From: Basidiobolus meristosporus CBS 931.73
Taxonomy: Eukaryota > Fungi > Basidiobolomycota
NCBI GenBank assembly: GCA_002104905.1
Contig: MCFE01000009.1
Coordinates: 1 to 64,000 of the forward strand
Direction of reading: 5' to 3'
DNA length: 64,000 bases
Part shown: positions 36,063 through 50,068 of the stretch, piece after piece
How positions within the stretch are numbered: position 1 is the stretch's first letter
Layout of the letters: each line of letters opens with the position of its first letter
Position numbers and translations under genes: made by a program
The notes under the pieces: model-generated
What the model was told of the DNA's origin: nothing
The model's database searches: none
Seen by the model: only the letters and a program-made list of their open reading frames with translations

Positions 36063-36184
36063 AAAATCGCCACATCCCAGATCAGCAATCACATTCAAGA
36101 TCAGTAATAAAAAGCTTTTCCACCATTCAATTGAATCTGGGGCCGACAAAAAAAGGGGGGCTCTTCCTCAGCAGAGGGAAATAA

Positions 36185-36763
<579 letters not shown>

Positions 36764-37096
36764 GCGCCAATCCCGGTATTGCATTAAAACGCCTCCAGTA
36801 TCCTACCACATAATAAATAAAAGATCAGGCTTTCTTGATATACCTCGCTGTTGCTGTTCTGGATGATGGATGTACGTTTGTTCTCGATTGATCACTAGTG
36901 TGTGTATGTGTGGGCATGTATGTTTGTGGCCATGCGTTGTTTTTGCTCGTGATTTGGCTTGACCAATCCAGTCGAGTAAATCTTCCAATACGCTGTCCCA
37001 TTTTTCCCGTAGTGTGGCAACGTAGAAATCGGAGTGTTAACCTTTAAAATATATACCACCGCCTCGGATTTCTGTTCCTCTCGAACGAACGCCAAT

Positions 37097-40000
37097 ATGG
37101 AGCAAAGAATCGTGGCCATCCTCGAAGCGCTGGAAACCAGTAAGCTGCTACTGAATCCCCCTCCCGCCAATGCGCCATTAATCCCCCCACCCCTCTAGCC
37201 TTGAAAGCGACAGGTCCTGACGCTTCGGTAGAGCTGAACCTGGATTTCCTCCACCAGTTGAGTTCACAGTGCGGCCTGGAGCCGAGGCAGATTCAAACGT
37301 TGCTGGACCTCGCTCTGACCAGTAACATCGGTAATCGCTAGTGTACAAATGCCTGACTTTCTCTTTATTCACGAGGTTGGTTAGGTTCGGCGAACGCCGT
37401 CAGGCTAATCAAGGCGATGTTTCCGAGAGAGGCCGTTCCCGAACGCGTCGCCATCCGTGTGCTCGGGGTGTTGTCTACGCGGTTAGATCCGACCGTCAAG
37501 GTAAGCCCTGGTTCAGGTGGTTGCCCACGTGAACGTAGTTGAATTAATGGCTGTACAGCTCTGCCTGCTACAATGGATGATAATGGTGTTTGACCGGATC
37601 GAGTCCAAGTCTGGTCTGAAGAGGCTCTACGGGGTGGTCTTCCGTCTTCTGGATCATGACCAGCTAAGGTACTCTACTGGCTCCTCTATGGAACGCTCCC
37701 ATCCCAATATTGATCCTGTGGCATAGACACACCGCATGCCATCTTTTGTTTCTGCTCACCGCGCAGGAGCATGTCAAGCATTTTCGTGCGCAGAAATTGT
37801 AATCTCTATCCAGTAGACTCCCCGCTGACGATCCAGCGCTAACCCTTCGCTTCAGGATCGAGCTGTATCATCGAGTGGGCCCGGAGCCTGGGCTTTGCGC
37901 TGTATTAGGCGTGTACAAGGATTATTGTCCAGAGTTGATAGACCTTCCCATCGATATTCCCAACTACGTTTTCAAAGCCCCTGATGCAGCTTGGGCCGAG
38001 TGCTTATTCAGCATTGGCCAAAATCACCCCAACAATCCCGGATTCGCAGTAAGCTTGATTCGTAGCACTGCTTTATGGTTCACGAAAGGGTATTCATCGT
38101 TCATTCATTTGCTAGATAAATCTGAGCGGTGGCAAAGTATGTGGCACAGTTGGTCAGGCACCAGGCATCAACGCCATCTAATGATATCCTAACTTCTAGG
38201 AGACCTTGATGGCCGGGCAGTCCACTGTTGAGAGCGTGATGAGGAAGTTCCATAGCAAAGAACTCCCCCAACAGTTTGCTTCGGTTCTGGAGGATCGTCT
38301 GATACAGCTCTTCATCACCTCTCGTCCCTATGGTAAAGCGCTTTGTCGTTGAATCCCCCAGCTCACCTGAATAATCGTCCTCTCTAGAGGGATCCTTCAA
38401 CCGGATCGGTACTTGGGCGTGTAACTATCTGTCGAACTTGGCGATCTGGAGAGATCAAACCAACTCAACTAGAGTACAACTCCAGGAGTTGCTGACGAAG
38501 ATTTGCTCTGCGGTCGAGTACAACGAGGTATGCCCCACTCGTGTGGAATCTGAGGCAGGGATGGGCCACTAAACAACACAAATAATCAGAGGTTATTCCC
38601 GTTGTTCGAAAAGTTCTTGGCCAACTATCTGTGCTACTGGGATGGCGACTCACATCAGAAGGAGATATTCACCATGATCTCTCATCTACCGCTCAAACCT
38701 TTCCATGGTAAGGGATTCGTGACCTTTGGGCCAACTTGCTTCACTGCCGCTTACCAAATGGCTCGTAGAGCTTCGTGGGAAATTCCTCGACTGTCTGTAC
38801 AAGCTGTACGTGACCTCATCGGAGACTTGGAAGGTAACCACTATGCTGGCCTAGAATTCGGCACGAATCAACCTGGTCTCACACGCCTCCTTCCTTTCAA
38901 GGCCACCTTGATCGAGGCCTACACACGTTTACTGAGAAATTGGTCTATCGCTGAATACACCACCCCACACCCAGACCCCAACTTCCGGTAAGGAATTGCC
39001 ACTTAGCATGCCTGCCTGGGATCTAGTCTAACCAAATCCGCCGACCAGCACCAGCCAGATTAAACAGATGGCCGCTCTCGCCAACCATGTGGAGACTATA
39101 TCGGCCATTGGCCTAGAGGTATGTGTCTCTCTTGAAGGAAGTGGTTTTGTTGTTCCATGATGGCTCAGCTCGATATTGCCCAGGTGGAGGAGAGCTCCAT
39201 CCATCTGATACACAGGGTGCTCGAGTTTTACGAAGAGGTAAGCGACCCGGTCATCTCCAACATCTCTCGGGCGGTGGGATAACCCTGATCTCCCTCAGAT
39301 CACCGCCTTCTCGTTGGAGCGTGGGGTGCCTTTGGTGCACATCCCCAACTCCCATATCGTTTGCCACTGCATGTTCCATGTTTCCATGATGCCGATCTCT
39401 CGGATCTGCGGGATCCTCTACAGGTAATTGGTGAAGTACAAATGGGCGGGGAGTCTTCGGGAACTAACGTTACTTCAGATGTAAGGCTTCCTACGAGATC
39501 CAACGGGAGTTGAAGACCTCGAGTGGGGCCTTTTCTGTGGGATATGAGCGTGACCACGTTACCAAGATCAACTCCCATATCATGGATATCTGCAACTGTA
39601 TATGGCGTGGCCAGGCGCTGACCCAGGGCGTCCCGTATACGAATGGGTTTGGCCTAGACCGGTAAGCTCTCCCTTGGTTTCCTAATGACCGTCCTCCAGA
39701 TGATTGAGCGGGTGCATTTTAGGGACACAGTTCAGGAACTCGAGCAGCTGGGAGCCAGCCTGGGTCTGACGTTCTCCAGTGCTTTCGGGCTAACCCAATC
39801 CCCGGCCTTCTTGCCGCTGTCACTAACGTTCCTGAGAAGTCTGGAAGATAGAGCCCGGGTGACCGTACATCATCGGGGTCCGATCAGTTCAGCCTCCCTG
39901 AGATTGCTCCAACAGCAGGTAACACATGGACATTCCTGTTCCACCCATCCCCCCTCCTCTAACATCTCCTGGGCTTTCTTCAGAGGGACACGCTCCAGCT

Positions 40001-40145
40001 CAGCCACACGAACTTCCGCCTCCAATATCTAGACTTCCTGTTGGAAAACCACTGCACCGGCCTTTACCACTTCCTCTACGCCACAATGACCTCCCTGATG
40101 AACCACAGACGAGATACGTCGGTGATGCCACGGAGATTACTTTGA
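37097..40145 (+). CDS. MIS6: Centromere protein I (CENP-I/Mis6), many short introns
   Basis: Manual splicing gives AVRLIKAMFPREAVP...LCLLQWMIMVFD..LYGVVFRLLDHDQLR..CHLLFLL..HVKHFR..GPEPGL..LGVYKDYCP and FLANYLCYWDG, the CENP-I pattern. AATAAA at 40325. Confidence 0.85.
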
Positions 40146-41214
40146 CCTTCGTTCTCCCTCCGACCGCCCTACACCTGCACCTGCACCTACGCCGTCACCC
40201 AACCTTGTATTCTCCATGTCCCGTCCCCGCCCTACATATTACTGCCCCATTGATCAGCCAGAGCACTGCTTCTCGTCCACCCCACGCTCTACCTATAGAC
40301 ATGAACCTTCCACACACTCCGTGCAATAAATAGTGGTTGGTCAATCCTAGCAGACTACCTCTTTTATTCAATCTCCTGAAGCCTTACACAGGTAGGTATC
40401 CAGACAGAAGGGATCCAGTGTTAGCATATCCCGGCCATGACAAACTTGCCATCCAGTACCAGATCACCCTTTTGGTTGCCCATCCAACACTTGGCCAGCT
40501 TCCCGTAATGGCAGACCTTTCCTTTTTGCTCTCCAAGTGGCTTATCATAGGTATTGTAGTCAGTGGTACTTCTTTGGAGACTCAGGTGCCCCTGTTAAGT
40601 GTATTTCTTGCAATCCCAAGCTCCTAGTGATTACTTATGGGAACATAAAGACCCTTACGGCTTGCAGACACACTGAAAAGTCCATCAGGCCGGTTTATTA
40701 TATACATCCCCTCATCCGGTTTGCTGCTTGGGATACAGCTTTTTCATCTATACCAAGTATCAAGAGTGGATGTAAGCTACAATTGTCAACATTGACCCTT
40801 TGAAGAATGATTTGATCATATAGATGGATCCAACCCATATTCCTGCTGCTTGCGATTCATCCCAATTCTGACACTCTTTTGTCAGCATTTCAATAGCAAT
40901 TCTCAGCCATCTAAGTGACCAACATGTCTTGACAGTGTTTTGGTAGCCTTCTGCCAAACATCTGATGGGCTTATGATGGTATTGTGGTGACTAGTGGCTC
41001 TTTTCATATAATGCTACCATATTTCAAGGTGCTAGACCTTGCACTGTTGGCAGAAAACCAGGACATATGCAGATCAGCAACTCAACAATGGCATAAAACC
41101 TTAGGATTCCCACCAGAGATACAGTAAAAGGGCATTAAGGCCCAAGCATTAATTTAATGGTGGAATTTAGTGAAGTTATTTGTTGAGTGTGAGATTAGGA
41201 TCATTGTCAGTATT

Positions 41215-41559
41215 TATTGTAAATCTGGAGTAACAACTAATAGTCACCTAGCTTAGGCACATAGGTCATAGTCCACAAACCTTTGAGAATTCTGACCAAA
41301 TTCCTTATTGGGATTTACATATACTGTTTTCTCCAAAACATCAGGTATCCCAAGTATGAAATTTTGATAAGTTGTCCCAACAGCCCCAAGCTTTGCACAT
41401 ATGCTGTTGGAACCTTTGTAAGCATATCCTTCATGATGTTGCTGCCAAGACTATGTAAAGTATAAATACTACTTTGACATTCAATAAATGATCAACTTGA
41501 AACCATATAATCTGCTTGTTCTCCCATTCACTCCAAATATCTCCAAAACTTGTACAAGA
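41215..41559 (+). mobile_element. Old solo copia LTR (A)
   Basis: Diverged reverse-complement match to the family LTR. Mutated ends and no recognisable TSD. Confidence 0.75.
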
Positions 41560-41579
41560 TTGTGTATATGGGTATTAAT

Positions 41580-41910
41580 TGTTGCGAAATTCAGAATTCC
41601 ATCTAAATATTCACCTAACTTAGGCACTTAGATCATTACCTTCAAAACCTAGGGAATACTGACCAAATTCCTTATTGGGATTTACTTTGAATATTTACCC
41701 AGAACATGAAAAATAAATAAGCTGCCCAAGTAGCCCCAGGCTTTGCACACATGCTTTTGGGACCTTCCTTAACCTATTCTATGTGTTTGTTATGTCAAGA
41801 CCATGTAAAAGTATAAACACTACTTTTACATTCAAAATATCATTAAGTGAAAACCACATAAACTACTTGTTCTCCAAATCACTTCCAATATCTCAAAGAC
41901 TCTTATAACA
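41580..41910 (+). mobile_element. Solo copia LTR (B)
   Basis: 331 bp, TGTTGCG...TTATAACA. Flanks TTAAT/TCAAT are a TSD with one transition. Confidence 0.85.
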
Positions 41911-43310
41911 TCAATAAGTTACTCCATTAAAATCCACCAATTAATAAATATATTTGTGGTAATGCTCTGTTTCCATGACTTTGGCAGGAACCCTGCAGCT
42001 TTGTGCCAATGTTCACTCACTGGTTCCCATGCATCCTGGTCTTCAGCTGGCACTACAAGGTCTAGCACCTCATCTGCCAGTCTTTGCAATAAATGCTTGC
42101 AATATTTAAGTGCATTTTCTTGAGTACTACTCCTGAAGAAGTGCTGCAACCACTTGGTGTGCCTTTTAATGTTTCCAAATTCCACTGTAGGCATTGGGAT
42201 ACTCCTTTGAGTTCTTAACATTGTTGCTTTTTCTGTCAGTGGGATCTCAATCCTGTCTGCAAAGAAGGACATGGAGGCAGTGGTAGACAAATTGCTTTTC
42301 TCTGAAAACTCATCTGCCTCACTGGAGTGTAGCTCAATTGGCTGCACTTCCAACTTTTGAGAAAGTAGCTTTTGTCATGATGGTAATTCTTCTGGGCTAT
42401 GAAGGGACTCAGCCTGTTCTGGGCTGACAGCATCAATTAGTGAGAACTGCAGCCTTTTTCTTGCGCCTCCCTGACTCTGGCCTTGGTAGATCTTTTTCAC
42501 TTTGCCTTTGCCTAATCACTGCTAAGTCTTTCACTGTTGTTTTGACCAAGTGCTTCTTGTATAGTACTCTGTTTTCTCCTTGATGAATACTGCAGTAGTG
42601 CATCTGCCATTGCCTGCCTATCCCTTGCCAGCACTCTCCTGGCAACCTGATGTTTCTTTGCCACTGGCTTGGAACTATCAGCATTGCTTGTGACAGGTTC
42701 CTGTGAAAGCCATGGGTCTTTATCACCATCAAGTTCCTTACTACTACTGTGACCAAGTTCCTCTTGTATTGAACTTTATTTTCTCCTTAATGAATGCTGA
42801 ACTGATGCATCTGTTTTTACCTGCTTTCTGTTGCCAGCACTCTACCAGAAACCTGAAATTTCTTTGCCACTTGTTTAGAACTTCCAGCCCTGCTTGTGAC
42901 AGACTCTTGAGAAAGCCATGGGTTTTTTCACTGTGAAGTCCTTCACTGCTACTGTGACTAAGTGCTTCTTGTATTGACCTTCTTTTCTCCTTCATAAATG
43001 CAACACTAATGCATCTGTTTCTGCCCACCTGTCCCTTACTGGCACTCTTCTGACTACCTGTCACTTGTTTGTAGCTTGTTTAGAGCATTCAGCCCTGCTT
43101 TTGACAAGCTCTTGAGGAAGCCGCCAGCTTTTAGCTGCAGCACCCTTGTTCTTCTGCCTTTGAAAGTTTCTGCTATTCTTGAGATACTTTCTTAGCATAC
43201 CAATGCTGGCCCAAAATCCATTTGCTTGCTTGAATGCTGGATTATGCTCATGGAACAGGTCAAGCACTGTGGTAGGGTAACCATACATCCCACAGACAAG
43301 CTTATCCATG
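41911..43310 (-). pseudogene. CACTA-associated ORF2 remnant with three ~207-bp internal repeats
   Basis: Homologous to 52038-53650, 54400-54880 and 59618-61060. Contains FKQANGFWASIGMLRKYLKNSRN. Repeat anchors at 42548, 42755 and 42960. Confidence 0.7.
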
Positions 43311-45557
43311 CATTATCATATGAGTATTATACCATTCCACTTTGCCCATATCATTAGTATTATACCTGTATGACTTTTACCCTGATTAGTATTAGCAATA
43401 GTTATCCCAGATGTTAGTAAGCTTTGTGATCTATGTATTTATAAACACTAGGCAAAACCTGCTTCAGTACCTGTGACACATGACCCAGGTCTGTTGTACC
43501 ATCCTCACCATTTCAATACCATATATGGTATCTCTATGTTACACAGGTTTCAGACTTCTGATCCCTGATTGTTAGATGTGCTGTGCCTTTTAGAACCTTC
43601 CAAGACCTTCTTGGAGTATCTTTAGCTCATAGTGATGTCATCCAGCATTCCACTGATGCTAGGAACCTTCTAGAACCTGGTATAGTATTAACTTGGCAAT
43701 CAAGAAAAGTATTTAAGGGAAGTCAAGCTCTCATCCAGAAATTGTCCCATCTATCAGTAACATTTGTCCCTTATTGATTAGCAGTGGATCACTGCACCTA
43801 TCTTTTTCAGTTGCACCTCAGACCTGCCATCAAGGAGCTTTACAGGGTAGTGCACAAGACACACAGAGACCTTTGGAGACACGTTGTGCACCTAGGAAGC
43901 CAGAGAAGCAGGAGCTTTTACCATAGAGATATAATGACAAAGGAACCTGCAGTTTAGACCCAGAGATTATTGCAATCATCAACCGCTTCCCGCACCTTGA
44001 GTTGTGTAGTTTCTTCCAGGAGTACCTCTACACCACAACATCTCATTCTGCTTGGCCTTGAGTTCCCAATGGTCTTATGGTATGCCAGCCCTTATGAAAA
44101 ATAATTTGGTCCCATGGGTGGATCCGGTTCAGATCAGCCATCAAGATCCTATCAGGAGACCACTACAATACCAGTAGCTTGGAATTAATGACCATCTACA
44201 CAATCTTATGATAGGATCACAATGACGTTTGGCTGATTTTACAGGCAAATAAAGTAAAAAACATAACAATGTTTGTACAGTGTTTTGCTAAGGGTGGCAT
44301 GGCATTAATGCAGTCTTAGTGCACTCTACAGCTATTTGAGTGGATCTAGCCAGCCAGTACATCCAATTGCCTTATATGGCTAAAGGTTTACTGGTGCCTT
44401 GATGGCCTCATTGTGGGCTTATTACAGCAGTATGGCAGCCTACAGCTAGTTCAGTATAATGCTACTGTACCAATTTACAAAAGGGTATTTCCTTTTTATA
44501 CCTCCCCTTGTGCAATTCACATATTCCACTATTGAAACACCCCTCTATATTTGCTGACCCACTACTACCTTGGGTATTCAACATATAGCTTGAATCAGAC
44601 TTCTGTATGTTCTCTCAGTGGCAATTTGATGTTCTTAGTATTGGTGGTTGGGTAATAATGATGTGTATGAGTTATGAAGTAAGTCCCCTGGATCTCACAC
44701 ATTTGGCAGCAATACCATCCATTGCATCCAGTAAAACCAGCTATTTTGTGGATGGTGGGGGCATCTCCAATGCAGATAATAGTATGCACTTTGACATGAT
44801 GGCCATTTACTGTTATCCCACTGGAAAGCATACAAAATTCATCCAGCAATGAATACAGGTAGCTATCCAGGTTGGACAGTGATTCAGGCCCAGATACTGG
44901 TGAGACTACCATTGGATTTCTGCTTTGATATTGTAAGATAGGCAGTAGATTCAGGTTGATGAGAATCTGTGGCCAGCAGGATTTGCTGGAAGAGTACTTG
45001 TTGAATGAGAATCCATCAAGTGCCAAGGTAAAGGCATGGTCATACATACCTTCAAAGTGGCCATTGCTTCTAAGCTGCTTGTAATGTTTGCCACTAAATA
45101 CATCAGATATGTTTACACTTTATTGATACTGAATGTGGTATTTATAGCTTCACAATACTTGTTGGACTGCATGAGCTTCTTTAGATGGGATATTACTGTT
45201 GTAAGAGTCTTGGAGATATTGGAAGTGATTTGGAGAACAAGTAGATTATGTGGTTTTCACTTAATGATTTATTGAATGTAAAAGTAGTATTTATACTTTT
45301 ACATGGTCTTGGCATTACAAACACGTAGAATAGGTTAAGGAAGGTCCAAAGAACATGTGTGCAAAGTTTGGGGCTGTTTGGACAACTTTGAGAATTTTCA
45401 TGTTCTGGGTACCTGGTATTTTGGTGAAAATATTCTAAGTAAATCCCGACAAGGAATTTGGTCAGTATTCTCTAGGATTTGAAGGTGATGATCTAAGTGA
45501 CTAAGTTAGGTGAATATTTAGGTGGAAAATACGAATTTTTACAACACTCCCACTCAG

Positions 45558-48500
45558 CTAAATGTTCATACTGACTAGTCCTAATTTTGACCTAAAATAT
45601 TCAAACTTGTCTCTAGCTAATGGTTTGGTAAATATGTCTGCAATCATTTCATCTGTAGGACAGTAAACTAAGCTAACTAAGTTATTCTCTATAGCTTCAC
45701 GTATGAAATGATGTCTAATATCTATGTGCTTGGTTCTAGCATGAAAAGTTGGATTTCTACCTAATTGTATACATCCTTGATTATCTTGAAATAAAGTAAT
45801 AGGCGTTTTTTGACATAGGCCTAAATCTGTAAAGAGCTTTCTTAACCACATTGCTTCTTTTGTAGCTTCACAGGCTGCCATATACTCTGCCTCTGTAGTA
45901 GAAAGTGCTACGGTTGGTTGTTTTCTTGAATTCCATGAAATGGCTCCTTTACAGTAAAGAAAGGTGTATCCTGTGGTGGATCTTCTGTCTTCTAAATTTC
46001 GTCCCCAATCAGCATCAGAGTATCCCACAAGATCCTGTTCTGAATCCTTATAAGTGTATCTTAAGCAGATATCAGCAGTTCCTTTTAGGTATCTAAAAAT
46101 CCGCTTAACTGCTGCAATATGATCAGATCCATAATTCTGATTATGTTGGCTGACAACTCCCACTGAATATGAGATATCTGGACGTGTTCCAAGCATGATA
46201 TACATCAGACTGCCGACCATAGATTGATAAGGAAAGTCAGGGCTTTCAGATGGCACCAAGCTCTCTTGATTTGGTTGAGTTTTGACCAAGTTAAGGTTTG
46301 TCTCCATTGGGGTAGCTGCCGGTTTACAGTCTTCCATTTTGTACTTCTTTAGTATATCTTGAATATACTTGGATTGACTTAGGGTAATAGTCTGGGTACT
46401 TCTGTCTATGGAGAACTTAATCCCTAAGTAGTAACTAAGTTCTCCTAGATCGGACATCTTGAACTCCTTAGATAGGCTGGATTTAGTCTCTTCCAATGTT
46501 TCTAGGTTATTGGCGGCTATAATAAGATCATCCACATATAGAGCTAATAGAACTGGATTTGCTCTATCTGGCTTATAGTATATACTATAGTCAGCATTAC
46601 TCCTTTTGAAACTCAAAGATTCCAAATAAGAATCTATCTTGCAATTCCAGGCTCTTGGTGATTGTTTGAGACCATATAGTGACTTTTTAAGCTTGCAGAC
46701 CAAATGGGGGTTATCTTGGTCAGCAAACCCATCAGGCTGGTCCATATACACGTCCTCATCAAGTTCTCCATTCAAAAATGCAGTTTTTACATCCATTTGA
46801 TGAATAAAAAACTTATATTTGGCTGCAATAGCCAATATTAATCTGATGGAATCAAACTTGGCTACCGGTGCAAAGGTCTCAGTATAGTCAAGTCCTTTTG
46901 TTTGAGAGTATCCTTTGGCTACAAGTCTTGCTTTGTATCTTTCAATTGTACCATCAGCCTTGTATTTTGTCTTGAAGACCCATCTGCATCCAATTGATTT
47001 TTGGTTGATTGGTAATTTGACTAAGTCCCAAGTTTGATTTTCCATCAGTGCCTGATATTCCTCAGTCATTGCAGATCTCCAAAACTTTGTCTGAGGGCTA
47101 TTTAGGGCCTCTTTTACAGTCTGGGGCTCATCAACATGGACTGAATAGGCATAGGCTAAGTTTGTACCCTCATTGATATAGTAATTTGGGCTATTTCTTG
47201 TCCGATTGGATCTCCAGGCATTTGATACTGGAATGATCACTTCTGGGATATTCCTGGGCACTAATTCTGGCTGAACCACGTTTGTAGAGTCCTCTGGAGT
47301 GAAAAAATTTTCATTGTTTTGCTCTGATTCAATCCTGACAATTGGTGGACTTGAGATCAAATTTTCGTCATCATCTGATGTCATTTTTTGTGAAAATTTT
47401 GAATTTTCATCAAACAACACATCCCTGGACTTGATCAGCTTCTTTGCTTCGGTATTGTAGAGTCTGTATGCCTTACTCTCATTGCAGTAGCCCAAAAATA
47501 TGCATTTTACACTTTTTGGCTCAAATTTTGACTGATTTCCGGCCAGTTTTTTGGCATATGCTGTACACCCAAATATTCTTAGATGTTCTGCACTTGGTCT
47601 GTATCCATACCATGCTTCAAGTGGGGTAGATTCACAAAGTATTCTGTTATAACTCCTATTTTTAAGATATACAGCAGTGGCAACTGATTCCGCCCAAAAA
47701 TCATAGGATAATTTTCGATCATGGATCATAGATCTTGCCATATCAATTATTGATCTGTTAGCTTGTTCTGCTACTCCATTTTGCTGTGGGGAGTATGGTA
47801 CAGTAGTCTCTTGCTTTATCCCATGAATTTTGCAGAAGTGGATGAAGAGTTTTCAGGTATATTCTCCACCATTGTCAGAGCGTATTTTCTTGATTTTTTC
47901 ACCAGTTTCTCTCTCCACCATGGCTTTAAACTCCCTGAGCTTAGACAGAGCTTCTTCCTTTCTCTCCATGAAGTAGACCCATGTGTATCTTGTATAATCA
48001 TCAATAAAAGTGATTAAATACTTCATCCCGCCTAAGGATAAATTTTGCATAGGTCCACACAGATCTGAGTGAATTAGATCTAATTTTTTCTTAGTTTTGA
48101 TTAACCCAGAGCTCTTGAACGGTTGTCTGGCTTGTTTCCCATATATGCAGGCTTCACAGTGCTCCAAAATAGCTGGGGGATCAATTTTCACTCCAGAAAT
48201 TAGCTGATCTTTGATCATTTTACGCAAATAATCAAAATTGATGTGTCCAAATCTCCTGTGCCAAAGCATTGGTGTTTCTTCATTTAAGTTACTTATATTG
48301 GCTTCCAGATATGATGGAATATAAGTCAACTTGTATAGGTTCTGATCTCTGATGCCCGAAGCAATATGAGCACCATTTTGATCAGTGATCCTGCATCCAG
48401 AATTGTCAAAACTGAAACTGAGTCCTTCTGCTGTGGCCTTGCTTACAGAGAGTAGGTTCTTGGCTATTTCTGGTACATAGAGTACTTCCTTAAAGGTCAG

Positions 48501-49529
48501 TGTATGGCTTCCTTCACTGCTTCTAAGGTTTACTTGGATAGTTCCTTCTCCCACTGCATCAAGTGTTCTATTGTCACCCATGAAAACCTTCTTAATTGGA
48601 ATTTCTTGATATTGGGTAAAAAGTTCTTTTTGGTGTGTAAAGTGTTGAGAAGCTCCAGAGTCAATATACCACGTCTGAGAATCCTTGATTGTGGTCATAT
48701 TTAGTGCAGATATGAATAGTCTATCTTCAGTTGTTGCAGCATTTCCATATTCAGGCTTCTTTTGCTGATAATCTCTCTTTTTGAAACACCGGTCTGATGT
48801 GTGTCCTTTCCTTTTGCAGTAGTTGCAAAATAGGTTGCTGTTGCCTTTGTAGGGTCTTGGGTACCTCCTTTGTTGGTTATCATTGCTTATTAAAGCATTT
48901 TCTTCTTCCTTCTTATTGGCGCTTGATTTTCTTAATTCTTCATCCAGGAGCCTTCCATATACGTAATTTAAGGTCAAATCTTCAGTTCTGGACTCTAGGG
49001 CTGATACAAGGCCCTGAAACTCGTCTGTCAGGCTATTCAGGATGGTAACTATCACATCCTCATCAGTAGTTGGTACGCCCACAGATTCCATCTCATCTAC
49101 CAGCAGGGTAATTCTGTTAATTAGATTTTTCATTTCTTCTCCTGGCAGCATCTTTGTAGTAAAGAATTTTCGTCTCAGATACATTTTCTTGGCAGCTGAA
49201 CATGACTGGTAGGTGTCTTCTAATGCCTTCCAGGCATTCTTTGCCGTTTTTGCTCTTGAGCATTGAATTAGCAATTTGTCCTTGACATTAAGGCAAATGC
49301 AATTAAAGGCACTTTGTTCTTTCTTCTGGTACTTTAAGGCTTCCTCTCCCACGTTTTTAGGAGGGCATTCTTCTCCCATGACAATATCCCAAAGGCCTCT
49401 TTCTTGCAGCAGCATCTTCATCTTCACCTTCCACACTTGGTAGTTAGATCCATCCAACTTTTCAGCAGAGGGAAAAATTCCAGTAATAGCAGTAGTAGAC
49501 ATTGCAGAGAGTGACAGCTCGGGGCTCAT
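45558..49529 (-). pseudogene. Copia gag-pol polyprotein (gag-PR-IN-RT-RH) with one in-frame stop
   Basis: CNYCKRKGHTSDRC zinc knuckle, WYIDSGAS protease, LWHRRFGH, IHSDLCGP/SDNGGEY integrase, YKARLVAKGY/LYVDD RT, YSDADW/EAEY/IADIFTK RNase H. In-frame TGA at 47853-47855. Confidence 0.95.
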
Positions 49530-49533
49530 AACC
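49522..49533 (-). other. Primer-binding site complementary to the anticodon stem-loop of initiator tRNA-Met (half-tRNA priming)
   Basis: GGTTATGAGCCC directly abuts the 5' LTR. It is complementary to GGGCTCATAACC of eukaryotic tRNA-iMet, as in Drosophila copia and yeast Ty5. Confidence 0.85.
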
Positions 49534-50068
49534 TGTTGTAAGAGTCTTGGAGATATTGGAAGTGATTTGGAGAACAAGTAGATTATGTGGTTTTCACTTA
49601 ATGATTTATTGAATGTAAAAGTAGTATTTATACTTTTACATGGTCTTGGCATTACAAACACGTAGAATAGGTTAAGGAAGGTCCAAAGAACATGTGTGCA
49701 AAGTTTGGGGCTGTTTGGACAACTTTGAGAATTTTCATGTTCTGGGTACCTGGTATTTTGGTGAAAATATTCTAAGTAAATCCCAACAAGGAATTTGGTC
49801 AGTATTCTCTAGGATTTGAAGGTGATGATCTAAGTGACTAAGTTAGGTGAATATTTAGGTGGAAAATACAAATTTTTACAACAATTACTGGAATATATCC
49901 ATAGTGTGAACTAAGTTTTCCCCCAATGGTGGTGGATTCCTGACAAGTGGGACACCTTGCAACAGTTGCAGTTATAGAAGTATCAAGCTGCTGGCAAGAT
50001 ATTGTTGGTACAGTAGTGACTGATGAATGGTCAAATATGACATGTGTGGCAAAACACTGGCTGTGATC

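Larger units (their letters stand above)
45197..49883 (-). mobile_element. Full-length Ty1/copia LTR retrotransposon (4687 bp), recent insertion
   Basis: 350-bp LTRs (45197-45546, 49534-49883) differ at 2 positions. 8-bp terminal IR TGTTGTAA/TTACAACA, perfect TSD ATTAC, PPT TGAGTGGGAG, PBS GGTTATGAGCCC. Confidence 0.98.

Noticed and set aside
40335-41030. Decayed Fanzor/TnpB or ISL3-like nuclease (minus-strand LILGIDEK, HGRDML)
   Set aside because: Motif spacing is inconsistent, there is no RuvC-I/zinc-finger set, and the frames are broken. Left as unidentified TE-like DNA. A profile-HMM search would be needed.
47853-47855. Programmed stop-codon readthrough in the copia polyprotein
   Set aside because: The stop falls in the middle of the integrase core and the sister copy has TCA (Ser) there, so it is a nonsense mutation or sequencing error.
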